This document shows positions 1 to 9,085 of a stretch of 31,287 nucleotides of DNA, one piece after another. Under the pieces are notes generated by a model, which saw nothing but the letters and a program-made list of their open reading frames with translations, was not told where the DNA came from and did not search any database. Within the stretch, counting starts at the first letter, position 1. Every line of letters begins with the position of its first letter. The DNA is taken from assembly GCA_964528035.1 (NCBI GenBank), contig CAZGQY010000026.1:1-31287 (forward strand), given 5' to 3'. The position numbers and the translations under genes were made by a program. The DNA comes from an uncultured Methylococcaceae bacterium. Its GTDB lineage: Bacteria > Pseudomonadota > Gammaproteobacteria > Methylococcales > UBA1147.

Positions 1-20
1 AGGCCGCAAATTTTCTTGCT

Positions 21-524
21 TTGGGTATCATCATCCAATCGTCAATTCGCTGGGTCGAAACGGAGAGCTGGGATGGACTGGTGTCCGTCATTTTCGTATT
101 CATTGCTTCACAGGTATTATTGCTCTGTGTAACACGTCTACGCGCCCGAATCTATATGCGGCGTCACCAGGGCCAAAGACTTCAGGATGTATTAAAAGAA
201 GGGAATCCAGCACTCGCAATCCGCTATGCCGGTCACATTATTGCAGCGGCTCTTGGAATTAGTGCGGCCGCACACCTGATTGCATACATGCCCGAGACCC
301 CATGGATTTCAGCAATTATCTGGTTAGTCGTTTCCGTGACTATTGCTGGCTTGATTACTCTGCTTTCCATGATCGCCCGTTGCATTATTCTCAAAGGCAT
401 CGATACAGTTGAGGAAGTGGATAACCAGAAAAATATAGGCGTTGCCTTTATTGAAGCTGAAATTTTTATTTCCATCGCAATAATTTTAAATCCAATAATG
501 ACCATGCTGGATTCTATTATCTAA
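21..524 (+). CDS. DUF350 (YjfL-like) small inner-membrane protein. The reading frame is open to the window edge, so the 5' end may be partial.
   Basis: The 167-aa ORF has two hydrophobic repeats with the DUF350-like pattern N-x-A-x-A-I/L...G-x-x-I-A-x-A, seen as 'EGNPALAIRYAGHIIAAALGISAAAH' and 'NQKNIGVAFIEAEIFISIAI'. It starts with TTG and there is no stop between position 3 and 21. It is followed by the other yjf-type cluster genes. Confidence 0.55.
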   Translation: MGIIIQSSIRWVETESWDGLVSVIFVFIASQVLLLCVTRLRARIYMRRHQGQRLQDVLKEGNPALAIRYAGHIIAAALGISAAAHLIAYMPETPWISAIIWLVVSVTIAGLITLLSMIARCIILKGIDTVEEVDNQKNIGVAFIEAEIFISIAIILNPIMTMLDSII

Positions 525-543
525 ATACACCGGGCGTAACATA

Positions 544-2262
544 ATGCACGCGTCGGCTGAAACTCGACGACCACGGATTACTCTACAGCACGATATCGTC
601 TTAATTGGCAGCATGATGGTATTGGCTGCGTGTGGCCTGATTTATGAATACCTGCTGGCCCATTACGCCGGTCGAATAATCGGTGCCATGGAAAGCAGCA
701 TATACGGGATGATCGGTATCATGATCGTTGCCATGGGTGTCGGTGCCTTTCTTGCGAAACTGATCAAAGACCCCTACACCGGGTTTGCCTGGCTCGAAGT
801 CTGTATCGGCTTTCTTGGCGGGTCTTCCATACTGATCATGGCAGGTGTAATCTGGTTAACCTACAGTTTACCGCAATGGCTGCAACAGGTATACGGTGTA
901 CACCCCTCCATGAGCATGGACGGTGGCTATATTGCGATTCTGCAGGAAGCCTCATTTGTAATGCCTTTTGTTATCGGATTTATTTTAGGTGTCATGATCG
1001 GCATGGAAATCCCTCTCATCGCCCGAATCAGAGAACATATACACGGCAAACACATCGTACATAATACCGGTACGATTTATGGTGCCGATTATATTGGAGC
1101 AGGGATCGGCGCTGCGATCTGGGTTATTGTCTGCCTAAAGTTGCCCATTATGGTCGCGGCAATTGGTACTGCAGCAATCAATGCGCTTGTCGGACTGATT
1201 TTTCTATTTCGCTATCAATCGGAACTAAAATCAAAACACAAACTGTGGTTTGCACATGCCATGCTGATAAGCGCTTTAATACTGTTATCCGTCATGGGAA
1301 TTCGATTTACCCAGGATATGAATTCAACCTTATTCAAGGATAAAGTAATTTACACTAAGATCACTGCCTATCAACACATCACGTTGACCGAACGTCGCAG
1401 TGGTAAAGGCTTAGCCACAGTAGTCAGTTTGTATATTAACGGTCGTTTACAATTCTCCAGCAATGATGAAGCTATATACCATAGTCTTCTGACTTACCCG
1501 CCGATGCTGGCTTCTGCCCGGCATGACCATATTCTGGTGATTGGTGGCGGTGATGGGCTGGCCGTCAGGGATATTTTGCAATGGCAGCCAAAATCTATCA
1601 CTGTCATCGACCTTGATCAATCAATGATTGAGCTTTTTTCCGGAAATGACCTGGAGTCACAAAAATACCTGCGTAAGATACTTTTAAAGCTCAACAAACA
1701 ATCGTTCCTTGATCATCGAGTCAAAATAATCATTGGTGATGCTTTCATCGAAGTGGAAAAACTGGTCAGTTCCAGGAATCATTACGATACTATTATCGTT
1801 GATCTTCCCGATCCAAGTCACCCGGATCTGAACAAACTTTATTCCGGTTTTTTTTATTCGCGCCTGAAAGAACTGTTGTCGGGTGACGGCGCGATTGCTG
1901 TTCAGTCTACATCGCCCTATCACGCAAAAAAAGCATTTATCTCAATCGGCAAAACTTTGACCGACGCTGGCTTCAATACCCAACAGTACCACACCAATGT
2001 ACCAAGCTTCGGCGAATGGGGCTGGAGCATAGGAACTAAACGAGGGAAAAATGCCTTACAACGTATCAGGGAAACGGACACCCTTCCTGTTAGTGACCCA
2101 TGGATCTCGAAAGCTCAGTTAGAAGCCGCTTTCGTCTTTGCACCGTCGTTTTACAGAAATCCGAAAAATGTCGGTGTAAACCACCTTGGCAGTCATCTGA
2201 TCTACCATTATCACCATGATGCCTGGGAAAACGAAAATGGCATATACTTCACATATAAATAA
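544..2262 (+). CDS. Membrane-anchored spermidine-synthase-like polyamine aminopropyltransferase. An N-terminal multi-TM domain of about 230 aa is fused to a C-terminal SpeE-like domain.
   Basis: The 572-aa product has a C-terminal half with SpeE/aminopropyltransferase motifs: 'HILVIGGGDGLAVRDILQW', 'VIDLDQSMIELF', 'IIIGDAFIEVE' and 'DTIIVDLPDP'. The N-terminal half is strongly hydrophobic with several predicted TM helices. Confidence 0.75.
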   Translation: MHASAETRRPRITLQHDIVLIGSMMVLAACGLIYEYLLAHYAGRIIGAMESSIYGMIGIMIVAMGVGAFLAKLIKDPYTGFAWLEVCIGFLGGSSILIMAGVIWLTYSLPQWLQQVYGVHPSMSMDGGYIAILQEASFVMPFVIGFILGVMIGMEIPLIARIREHIHGKHIVHNTGTIYGADYIGAGIGAAIWVIVCLKLPIMVAAIGTAAINALVGLIFLFRYQSELKSKHKLWFAHAMLISALILLSVMGIRFTQDMNSTLFKDKVIYTKITAYQHITLTERRSGKGLATVVSLYINGRLQFSSNDEAIYHSLLTYPPMLASARHDHILVIGGGDGLAVRDILQWQPKSITVIDLDQSMIELFSGNDLESQKYLRKILLKLNKQSFLDHRVKIIIGDAFIEVEKLVSSRNHYDTIIVDLPDPSHPDLNKLYSGFFYSRLKELLSGDGAIAVQSTSPYHAKKAFISIGKTLTDAGFNTQQYHTNVPSFGEWGWSIGTKRGKNALQRIRETDTLPVSDPWISKAQLEAAFVFAPSFYRNPKNVGVNHLGSHLIYHYHHDAWENENGIYFTYK

Positions 2263-2269
2263 ATATTTA

Positions 2270-2298
2270 TTGACATTTGCCATAATATGGCTTTTAAT
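2270..2298 (+). promoter_or_regulatory. Candidate sigma-70 promoter for the yjfI-like/PspA-like genes, with TTGACA, a 17-bp spacer and TTTAAT.
   Basis: TTGACA lies at 2270-2275, followed by a 17-nt spacer and TTTAAT at 2293-2298. This is about 50 bp upstream of the 2347 start, which has an AGGAG RBS. Confidence 0.3.
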
Positions 2299-2346
2299 TG
2301 ATCACCAGATTGTTGAAACCAGTCTGATTACCTTAGGAGCAATTGA

Positions 2347-2754
2347 ATGAACTATACACTTGAAGAGCTGGCTCACGGCCTGAATACAACGACGACAGAG
2401 GAAGGTACGAATTTCGATGCCGTCATCACGGAAATCGGCGTAATTGAGGTAAGCTGCTCTAATAACGAGGAGTTTCCCATTCATCTTGCCATGACTGAAA
2501 CGCAGCTTCTTTCAGTCACGCCGCTGTTTAATATCAGTGAAGTGCTAGAGGGCAAAGTGGATCAGTTAAACAATTTATTGTTGCAGTTGAGTCCTGCTGT
2601 GCCACTCAGTTCAATCGGTCTGCAGGATGGTAATTATATTCTGTTTGGCGCGATGGCACTCAACACGATATTCGAAAATATCGTTCACGAGCTGGAAGTC
2701 CAGGCTGAAAATACGGTCGACGTTCTTGAAGCAATTGAGCCATTATTGAATTAA
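2347..2754 (+). CDS. YjfI-like DUF2170 protein.
   Basis: The 135-aa acidic protein has a strong AGGAG RBS and a sequence pattern close to E. coli YjfI: 'EEFPIHLA..TQLL', 'YILFGAMALNT...IVHELEV...NTVDVLEAIEPL'. It sits immediately upstream of a PspA-family gene, as in the yjfIJ arrangement. Confidence 0.75.
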   Translation: MNYTLEELAHGLNTTTTEEGTNFDAVITEIGVIEVSCSNNEEFPIHLAMTETQLLSVTPLFNISEVLEGKVDQLNNLLLQLSPAVPLSSIGLQDGNYILFGAMALNTIFENIVHELEVQAENTVDVLEAIEPLLN

Positions 2755-2814
2755 ACGTAACTATTCAACACATCAAATTTGTAGGGTAGTTATAATCAAA
2801 CGAGGATTAACATT

Positions 2815-3507
2815 ATGAGTATATTGAGAGACATGTTTTCAGCCTTTAAAGGCGCGGGTAACGAAGTGGGTGAGGCTATTATCGATGCCAATGCAGTGCG
2901 TATCCTGGAACAGGAAATTCGCGAAGCCGACGAGGCTATTCATAAATCCAAACAAAGCCTGACTAAACTGAAAGGTACGGAAATTCGCCTCAAACGCGAA
3001 ATCAATTCCTTAGAAGTTGATATTCAAGATTATGAAGCTAAAGCAGTTCAGGCATTGAATGAAAACAAGGAAGAAATTGCCGTTAAAGTCGCCGACCGAA
3101 TTGCAGAAATTGAGTCAGATCGGGACGAAAAAGCCGCTGAACATGCAAAACTGGCCGCTGACGTTGAATCCCTTAACAAAATGATCAAGAATCGCAACAA
3201 AATTATCCAGAAGAACAAGCGGGAACTGGAAAAAGTTCGTACTATAAAGGAGCTACAAAAGACAACTTCCACGATTAGTTCGAATTTCGCTGCCAGCAGT
3301 TCAAATGCACACCGCGTATCTAAAGCACTGGATCGGGTAAAAACCAAACAGGCGAAATGGAAGGACGATATGGAAGCAGGCGACTGGATGGCCAGCCAGG
3401 AAAATGTCGATGATCTCGACAAAGAACTCGAGGCCGCCGGCATTGGCAACAACCCGGGTAAAAGCAACAGCGTTCTCGAACGTCTGAAAGCCAGACAGAA
3501 TGCGTGA
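2815..3507 (+). CDS. PspA/IM30 (ESCRT-III-like) family protein, YjfJ-like.
   Basis: The 230-aa product has long charged heptad-like coiled-coil sequence typical of the PspA/IM30 family: 'AVRILEQEIREADEAIHKSKQSLTKLKGTEIRLKREINSLEVDIQDYEAKA'. It has a GAGG-type RBS. The context is yjfI-like upstream and DUF2491-like downstream. Confidence 0.85.
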   Translation: MSILRDMFSAFKGAGNEVGEAIIDANAVRILEQEIREADEAIHKSKQSLTKLKGTEIRLKREINSLEVDIQDYEAKAVQALNENKEEIAVKVADRIAEIESDRDEKAAEHAKLAADVESLNKMIKNRNKIIQKNKRELEKVRTIKELQKTTSTISSNFAASSSNAHRVSKALDRVKTKQAKWKDDMEAGDWMASQENVDDLDKELEAAGIGNNPGKSNSVLERLKARQNA

Positions 3508-3539
3508 GATCTTGTTGAAATTTCTTAGAGTGGAGCAGC

Positions 3540-4175
3540 ATGGGACTATTTGGTAAAAATAAGCAAAAGGGTCGGCGCTCATTGACAACGCCGGGAGAGT
3601 TACTTGCCGGGGATATCGTCGTTTTAAAAGAACGACGATCCCTGCCCGGTGAGTTACAGGGCCAACAACTGGAAGTGACTCAGGTAGGAACCTATCAATA
3701 CCCGGGGAGCGTCAAAAAAGAATTAACTTTGCGCTCTGTGGATAATCGTATTTATTATCTAGCCATCAATGATGACAATGACGCACCGTCTTTGAATTTC
3801 TCGATAAAAATCCCAAGAAAGATTGTTTTGTCGATTTTTGATGAAGAACAGTTTGCACAACTATGGGACCCTGAATTTACAACCCTACAGGTAGCTGACA
3901 GGCTGAATGAATATACAGACTGGTTGTCCGATGACTATAAACAGGAAGTCATCGAAGGAGAAGGCTACTACTATGATCGCGATTGCAGCGGCGATCCACC
4001 ATCGGAATATCAGGATGATGACGGTGAAGAATTCCGCTGGCATGAATGCACCTCCATGCTTGATAATAACTACTCACTGTCGGTTGAAATATGGGAAGAT
4101 GGTGATACAGAAGTATTCCTGGAATTAATAACACCCGCTGATGTCATCGCAGAAATGTGGCCACATGGCAACTGA
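3540..4175 (+). CDS. YjfK-like (DUF2491-type) protein. The assignment is tentative.
   Basis: The 211-aa product has a basic N-terminus and a very acidic C-terminal half. The call rests on position directly after the PspA-like gene, as in E. coli yjfK. Homology cannot be verified without a search. Confidence 0.5.
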   Translation: MGLFGKNKQKGRRSLTTPGELLAGDIVVLKERRSLPGELQGQQLEVTQVGTYQYPGSVKKELTLRSVDNRIYYLAINDDNDAPSLNFSIKIPRKIVLSIFDEEQFAQLWDPEFTTLQVADRLNEYTDWLSDDYKQEVIEGEGYYYDRDCSGDPPSEYQDDDGEEFRWHECTSMLDNNYSLSVEIWEDGDTEVFLELITPADVIAEMWPHGN

Positions 4176-4485
4176 TAAGTGGGAAAAAGAAAAGCATGCA
4201 CTAAAAAAAGTGCAGATTCATTTCGCATTTCAGCAGGAAATCATCGCATCAATTCGTCACGATGCCGCAGATGATAATATTAATCCCAGCGATATTGTCC
4301 GCAAAATTGTCGGCTTACCCTATACAAAAATTCAGCGCGCCAGAATCGGTCTATCCTTTAATGAACATGATTTGAACTACCTGTCGAATCGCTATAGTCT
4401 TGAAGAAGTCGATGAAAAAGAAATCAAACGCAGAGTCATGGAAGAAATCAATTTGCATTATCATAAGCAGAATCGGAATGGCTAA
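4141..4485 (+). CDS. Hypothetical small protein of 106-114 aa.
   Basis: The ORF begins with ATG at 4141, overlapping the previous gene by 35 nt. An internal ATG at 4165 ('MATDKWEKEK...') is an alternative start. The product is charged with no recognisable motif. The ORF fills the gap before the channel gene. Confidence 0.35.
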   Translation: MSSQKCGHMATDKWEKEKHALKKVQIHFAFQQEIIASIRHDAADDNINPSDIVRKIVGLPYTKIQRARIGLSFNEHDLNYLSNRYSLEEVDEKEIKRRVMEEINLHYHKQNRNG

Positions 4486-4491
4486 CCGAAA

Positions 4492-5592
4492 ATGAGCCCC
4501 GGCTATTTTATTCATGCACAGTGGAAACGCCGACTGTATTTCAAGTATACACGGCATTACGAAAAACGCTTCCTGATTCGTCTAGCTAAAGTATTCGCGC
4601 TGCTTTTGATGCTGATAATGGCTCATACCGGGGGCATGATGGTCCTGGAAAAAATGTCTTTCAGCGATGCCTTGTGGCTGTCAATCACTACCGTAACAAC
4701 CGTCGGTTATGGTGATTTTTCTGCTGCAACATGGCAAGGACGACTGGTAACAACATTATTACTCTATGTATTTGCTATCTCATTGCTGGCACAACTTGCC
4801 GCAGAATTTTTCGATTACCGCCTGCTAATCCGTGAAAGAAAGGTAAGAGGCCACTGGAGATGGAAAGATATGAAAGACCATCTGTTAATTATCAATACAC
4901 CGAATGATCACACCGAAATATATCTTAAACGACTGCTCAAACAGGTCAGGAAAACACCACTAATTGAAGAACTCCCGGTGCAAATACTGACACGAAAATA
5001 TGATTCAGGACTCCCTGGCTCGTTATCTAACCTGGGTGCTGTACACTTTAGCGGTGTCGCAGAAAACAACGAAAACCTGAAAACTGTCAATGTCGATACC
5101 GCAAAATTCATTATCATTATCGCCAGAGATCCGGGTGATCCCACATGCGACAGCCTGAGCTTTGATGTATTAGACAGAATTCATGAAATCGGCACCAAAG
5201 CCTTAATTGTTGCCGAGGTCTCTCAGGATAATAACCGGGAACGCATCAAAAAAGCCGGAGCGGATGTCATTCTTCGACCGATCCGGGCTTACCCGGAATT
5301 ACTGGTTCGTTCATTGGTTGCCCCGGGAACTGAGCAAGTTATGGAAAATCTCTTCACCCATGATTCGGATCATATGGTGCGTATCGATTTAAGCTTTAAG
5401 AATAAAATCTGGTCAGATATCGTCTGCAGTTTTGTTACCGGTGATATAGGACTGCCGATCGCCTATGTTGGCGACCAGGGGGTGAATGTCAACCCATTAC
5501 CCGGCGTAGCCTGTAGCGGAACTGCGGTCATTGTTCTCATCAATGAATGTCAGCAGGTTTCGATGGAAAAAGCTAAAAAATACCTTGGATAA
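4492..5592 (+). CDS. Two-TM potassium channel with a C-terminal RCK/TrkA-N domain, MthK/Kch-like.
   Basis: The K+ selectivity filter 'TTVGYGDFS' lies between two hydrophobic helices. The C-terminal region is Rossmann-like ('HLLIINTPNDH...KFIIIIARD...ALIVAEV'). Confidence 0.85.
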   Translation: MSPGYFIHAQWKRRLYFKYTRHYEKRFLIRLAKVFALLLMLIMAHTGGMMVLEKMSFSDALWLSITTVTTVGYGDFSAATWQGRLVTTLLLYVFAISLLAQLAAEFFDYRLLIRERKVRGHWRWKDMKDHLLIINTPNDHTEIYLKRLLKQVRKTPLIEELPVQILTRKYDSGLPGSLSNLGAVHFSGVAENNENLKTVNVDTAKFIIIIARDPGDPTCDSLSFDVLDRIHEIGTKALIVAEVSQDNNRERIKKAGADVILRPIRAYPELLVRSLVAPGTEQVMENLFTHDSDHMVRIDLSFKNKIWSDIVCSFVTGDIGLPIAYVGDQGVNVNPLPGVACSGTAVIVLINECQQVSMEKAKKYLG

Positions 5593-5847
5593 ATTGATCT
5601 TTTCAGCACTCGGGATCAGATTACCTGCCCCCCAACAGTAAATCAACGAGCTACAAACTTATCGAGAAAATACTAGCTGATAGATATTATGCAAGGACGG
5701 TGTTAAGCAACGAAAACCGACAACAGTGCTGGGGTTCGTTGCCGCTCTACCCGGCCTAAATGTTTTGATTTGAGTTCAGGTTATTTTCCATGAAAGCAGG
5801 AACTCTGAAGCTACACCTCTTTTTATAAAATACGGTAAGTAGTAACC

Positions 5848-6387
5848 ATGAAAATACCTCATGCCGCCTATCTGCTGGCAATAATGTGGATCGTACAATT
5901 CGTTCAATCGGTGTTGTGGATAGATCTAGGAAGCTATGGAATACTGCCAAGAGACTTTCACGGTTCATTGGGTATTTTGTTGGCTCCCTGGATTCATCAC
6001 GGCTGGTGGCATCTGATAAACAACTCTGTACCGTTTCTAATTTTGGGAACGCTGATTCAATCTAAAAATACCGTCATTTTCTGGGAAGCAACCCTGTTTA
6101 TTACCCTGATTGCCGGTGCAGGTACCTGGCTTTTCGGCTCGACCGCCTACCATGCCGGTGCCAGCGGACTTGTTTTGGGATACTGGGCATTTCTTATCGC
6201 CGACGCCTGGTTTCAGAAATCGATCAAAGCCATTTTAATTGTATCCATTGCGCTAATATTTTACGGCGGTTTCTTCTTTATTTTGTTCGATGTACGCCCA
6301 CATATTTCATGGATCGGCCATACATCAGGAATAGTGGCCGGAATTATCGTTGCGAAGTTGTATGCGAATTCCTGTACGAAAGGATAA
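5848..6387 (+). CDS. Rhomboid-family intramembrane serine protease.
   Basis: The 179-aa polytopic membrane protein has the catalytic motif 'GASGLVLG' (GxSG) and a downstream His in 'WIGHTSGIVAG'. 'WWHL' and 'HHGWWHL' are typical rhomboid helix-2 features. Confidence 0.8.
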   Translation: MKIPHAAYLLAIMWIVQFVQSVLWIDLGSYGILPRDFHGSLGILLAPWIHHGWWHLINNSVPFLILGTLIQSKNTVIFWEATLFITLIAGAGTWLFGSTAYHAGASGLVLGYWAFLIADAWFQKSIKAILIVSIALIFYGGFFFILFDVRPHISWIGHTSGIVAGIIVAKLYANSCTKG

Positions 6388-6485
6388 GACCTTACTACTT
6401 GCAAACACCGCTCACAAAGAGGCTAATCGAAACATTCAAAGGATGAAGTTCGTATATCCCAGTAATCCAAGGGGGCATAATCCAT

Positions 6486-6514
6486 CCCAGGGGTCACATC
6501 CTCCCAGGGGTCAG
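6486..6514. repeat. Tandem direct repeat CCCAGGGGTCA repeated twice with an 18-bp period.
   Basis: 'cccaggggtcacatcctcccaggggtcagatc' is read directly from the sequence. It lies inside a 480-bp gene-poor region. Confidence 0.5.
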
Positions 6515-6868
6515 ATCTCTTATTATAGCCTAAATACTAGACCTGACCCTGTACGTGCTGTACGTGCGTGTTTCTGCCTTTCTGCATATCCAGGCTCCTG
6601 TAAGAAAGGAATGAAATCGGCATGCCTCATAATTATCAACAGAGCAGTCACTCAGAACTTAATAGGAAAATCCAAAAGTACGTGGATCCGGAGCGATGTT
6701 ATTCCCAAGGCGGAAACCATCCAGAGCACCAATATTATCAAATACTCTAAGCATATCATCGTCAAAATCTATTCGAGGAAACCGTTCACCTCCAGAAATT
6801 CTGCTAGTAACTTTTTCAAGAAACACATTGCAGCTTCACTTAACTTTCTACGTTATACAAAATTTATT

Positions 6869-7597
6869 TCAAGCCTTGGGCCGCATAGGAATCAACATGG
6901 ATACCTTGCTCTTATAATCCTTATACAAATCCCCATGCGCGGCGATAAGATCTTTTTCTTCCAAGAAAATTCCCACCAGTATATAACCTGTCGCACCCAG
7001 TGCAAATAATAGGTGTCCTCCCGTCATAACTGGTGCCGACCAAAACGCCAGAATGAAGCCCAGATAAATCGGGTGACGTACATAATTATAGAGATAAGGT
7101 GTTCTAAAACTCAGATCTGGCAATTCCCCACCACGCCAATGTGCATAAACCTGATTCAGACCAAACAATTCGAAATGATTGATCATAAAGGTACTCGCCA
7201 GCACGATTAGCCAGCCGAATACAAATAATAACCAAAAAAGACTGCCGACAATAGAATCGGAAAAATCCCAGATAACTCCACCAATCGGACGCCAACTGGC
7301 GAACATCAGTATCAATGCCAGACTGGCGAGCAATACATAGGTACTACGTTCAATTTCTTTAGGAACGAATACAGTCCACTTTTGTTTAAACTCCTGGCGA
7401 GCCATTACACTGTGCTGTACTGCGAAAACTCCCAATAACAGTGTATTCACGACCAGAGCAAGTAATACAGAACCGTGCTCGCCACTATCAATCGATTTCG
7501 GCACCCATAAATTGCCAGTAAATCCCGCAGCATAAAGAAATGTGCAGAAGAAAATCAAATAGCACACCATGCCATAAACAAACAATACCTGCCTCAT
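6869..7597 (-). CDS. Isoprenylcysteine carboxyl methyltransferase (ICMT)/phospholipid methyltransferase-family membrane methyltransferase, NnrU/MddA-like.
   Basis: The 242-aa polytopic membrane protein has the family signature 'RHPIYLGFILAFW' and the C-terminal 'EEKDLIAAHGDLYKDYKSKV'. Confidence 0.75.
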   Translation of the reverse strand: MRQVLFVYGMVCYLIFFCTFLYAAGFTGNLWVPKSIDSGEHGSVLLALVVNTLLLGVFAVQHSVMARQEFKQKWTVFVPKEIERSTYVLLASLALILMFASWRPIGGVIWDFSDSIVGSLFWLLFVFGWLIVLASTFMINHFELFGLNQVYAHWRGGELPDLSFRTPYLYNYVRHPIYLGFILAFWSAPVMTGGHLLFALGATGYILVGIFLEEKDLIAAHGDLYKDYKSKVSMLIPMRPKA

Positions 7598-7861
7598 ATT
7601 CTTCTATCTCCTCTCTATTTTAAATAGTTCCGCTAATTTTCAACCGACGCAAATTTCACCGCTAATCGGAAACAGTCTATCCTACTGCGTATTTTTCGGC
7701 TAATCCACGCTAAAATAGGATACATCACCGGAATCGTTTAGAATCTGGAATTATAAGCATCAACTACCAGTACTTTGTCCAGACTTATACAATTGTGGGA
7801 TGGAATCTATAACAGGATCAATGGGGCTAAACTCAATGTTTAAACCCCATTTTTCCAACAC

Positions 7862-9043
7862 TCATGTTTCAGCAGGCGTTGATGGAATCCGAACCATATC
7901 ATTCATAACACCATCCAAACCACTGTATACATTCAGTGTTTTGATTTGCGAAGTGATTTTTTCAAGTACTTCCAACTCTTTCAATCTCAATAAAGTCGGG
8001 TTACCCTCCATTACTTTTGCGGTATTGTGCAAAGACCGTGTGGCCTGAGTTTCTTCACGACGTCTGATCAAGTTGGCTTCAGCTTTCTTTTCCGCTTCTA
8101 CCACCTGAGCCAGAATTGTCTTCATTTCGCCAGGCAAAACAATATCTCTTGCGCCCACGGTTTTCAACTCAATACCATATTCGGACACCTTACTGAAAAC
8201 GATTTCCAGAATTTGCTGGTTCAATTTATTTTTATCGGCCAACAATTCATCCAGTGTCTGAGTCGAGACAATACTGCGTAACGCCAACTGTAATTCTCGG
8301 TACAGATAATCAGTATGATCCGCCAACTCGTCAGACACGCGTTTTGCATCACTGACCTGCCAGGTGGCAGACAAATTGACACGCAAACCCACACGGTCTT
8401 TGGTTAAAATTTCCTGCCCATTCACTTCCATATTCTGCAACCTGCAATCGATCTGTTTAATCTTTAAGTTCCGATTAAACTTCCACCAGGCATGAATTCC
8501 TGCCTTTAGTTCAGCATCCTGCTCACCATCCACTGACAAAAAACCCAGATGACGTTCAGGAATTGTAGAAGTCGTCACAGCGTTGACAGCAGAATCTCTT
8601 AACAAGGGTTGTTTCGCTGCCAGCAAAACTCTCGCCAATGTCTTATCCAGTTTAAATTCTTTTGAAATATCGATTTTTCGAATTTCAATTTCTCCAAACC
8701 CTTTCCAGTAAGCACCGCGCTGGGCCGGTGCTTTAATTTCTTTAAGCACGTCATCCTGATAGATTAAACCCACTTCATGCTCATTGGTTTCCCAGGACAG
8801 TAAGTGTTCAGACATTTTTCCAGAATGAAGTTTTAAAACATTCATTACCTGGGTGTTTACACCTGTTTCCAAAGTACCTGTAATATTAACCAGTAAAATT
8901 CTGTAGCGATTTTTCCAGTCTGTCATTTTATGAACGCCTGGCATCAATACTTTAAGAAACTGTTCGTCTTTGAACAACAACGCACGATGTGTTTCAGCGA
9001 CGGTCACTTTTTTAACAAAAAACATTTTGTTCTCCTCATACAA
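7862..9043 (-). CDS. SPFH/band-7 (stomatin/slipin-like) domain protein.
   Basis: The 393-aa product has a central SPFH-like region ('VGLRVNLSATWQVSDAKRV...LYRELQLALRSIVSTQTLDELLADKNKLNQQILE...YGIELKTVGARDIVLPGEMK'). It is followed by a coiled-coil 'AQVVEAEKKAEANLIRRREETQ'. Confidence 0.75.
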   Translation of the reverse strand: MYEENKMFFVKKVTVAETHRALLFKDEQFLKVLMPGVHKMTDWKNRYRILLVNITGTLETGVNTQVMNVLKLHSGKMSEHLLSWETNEHEVGLIYQDDVLKEIKAPAQRGAYWKGFGEIEIRKIDISKEFKLDKTLARVLLAAKQPLLRDSAVNAVTTSTIPERHLGFLSVDGEQDAELKAGIHAWWKFNRNLKIKQIDCRLQNMEVNGQEILTKDRVGLRVNLSATWQVSDAKRVSDELADHTDYLYRELQLALRSIVSTQTLDELLADKNKLNQQILEIVFSKVSEYGIELKTVGARDIVLPGEMKTILAQVVEAEKKAEANLIRRREETQATRSLHNTAKVMEGNPTLLRLKELEVLEKITSQIKTLNVYSGLDGVMNDMVRIPSTPAET

Positions 9044-9085
9044 AAATACAGCAACTATTCAGACACCGTTTTTTAGAGGGTACAA

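Noticed and set aside
233-505. The 90-aa minus-strand ORF.
   Set aside because: It is antisense to the DUF350 gene and is a shadow ORF.
6350-7009. The 219-aa plus-strand ORF and the nested 73-aa ORF at 6696-6917.
   Set aside because: The ORFs have no RBS, low-complexity basic composition and no recognisable motif. They lie in a repeat-containing gene-poor spacer and overlap the 3' end of the minus-strand methyltransferase gene. They are treated as non-coding.
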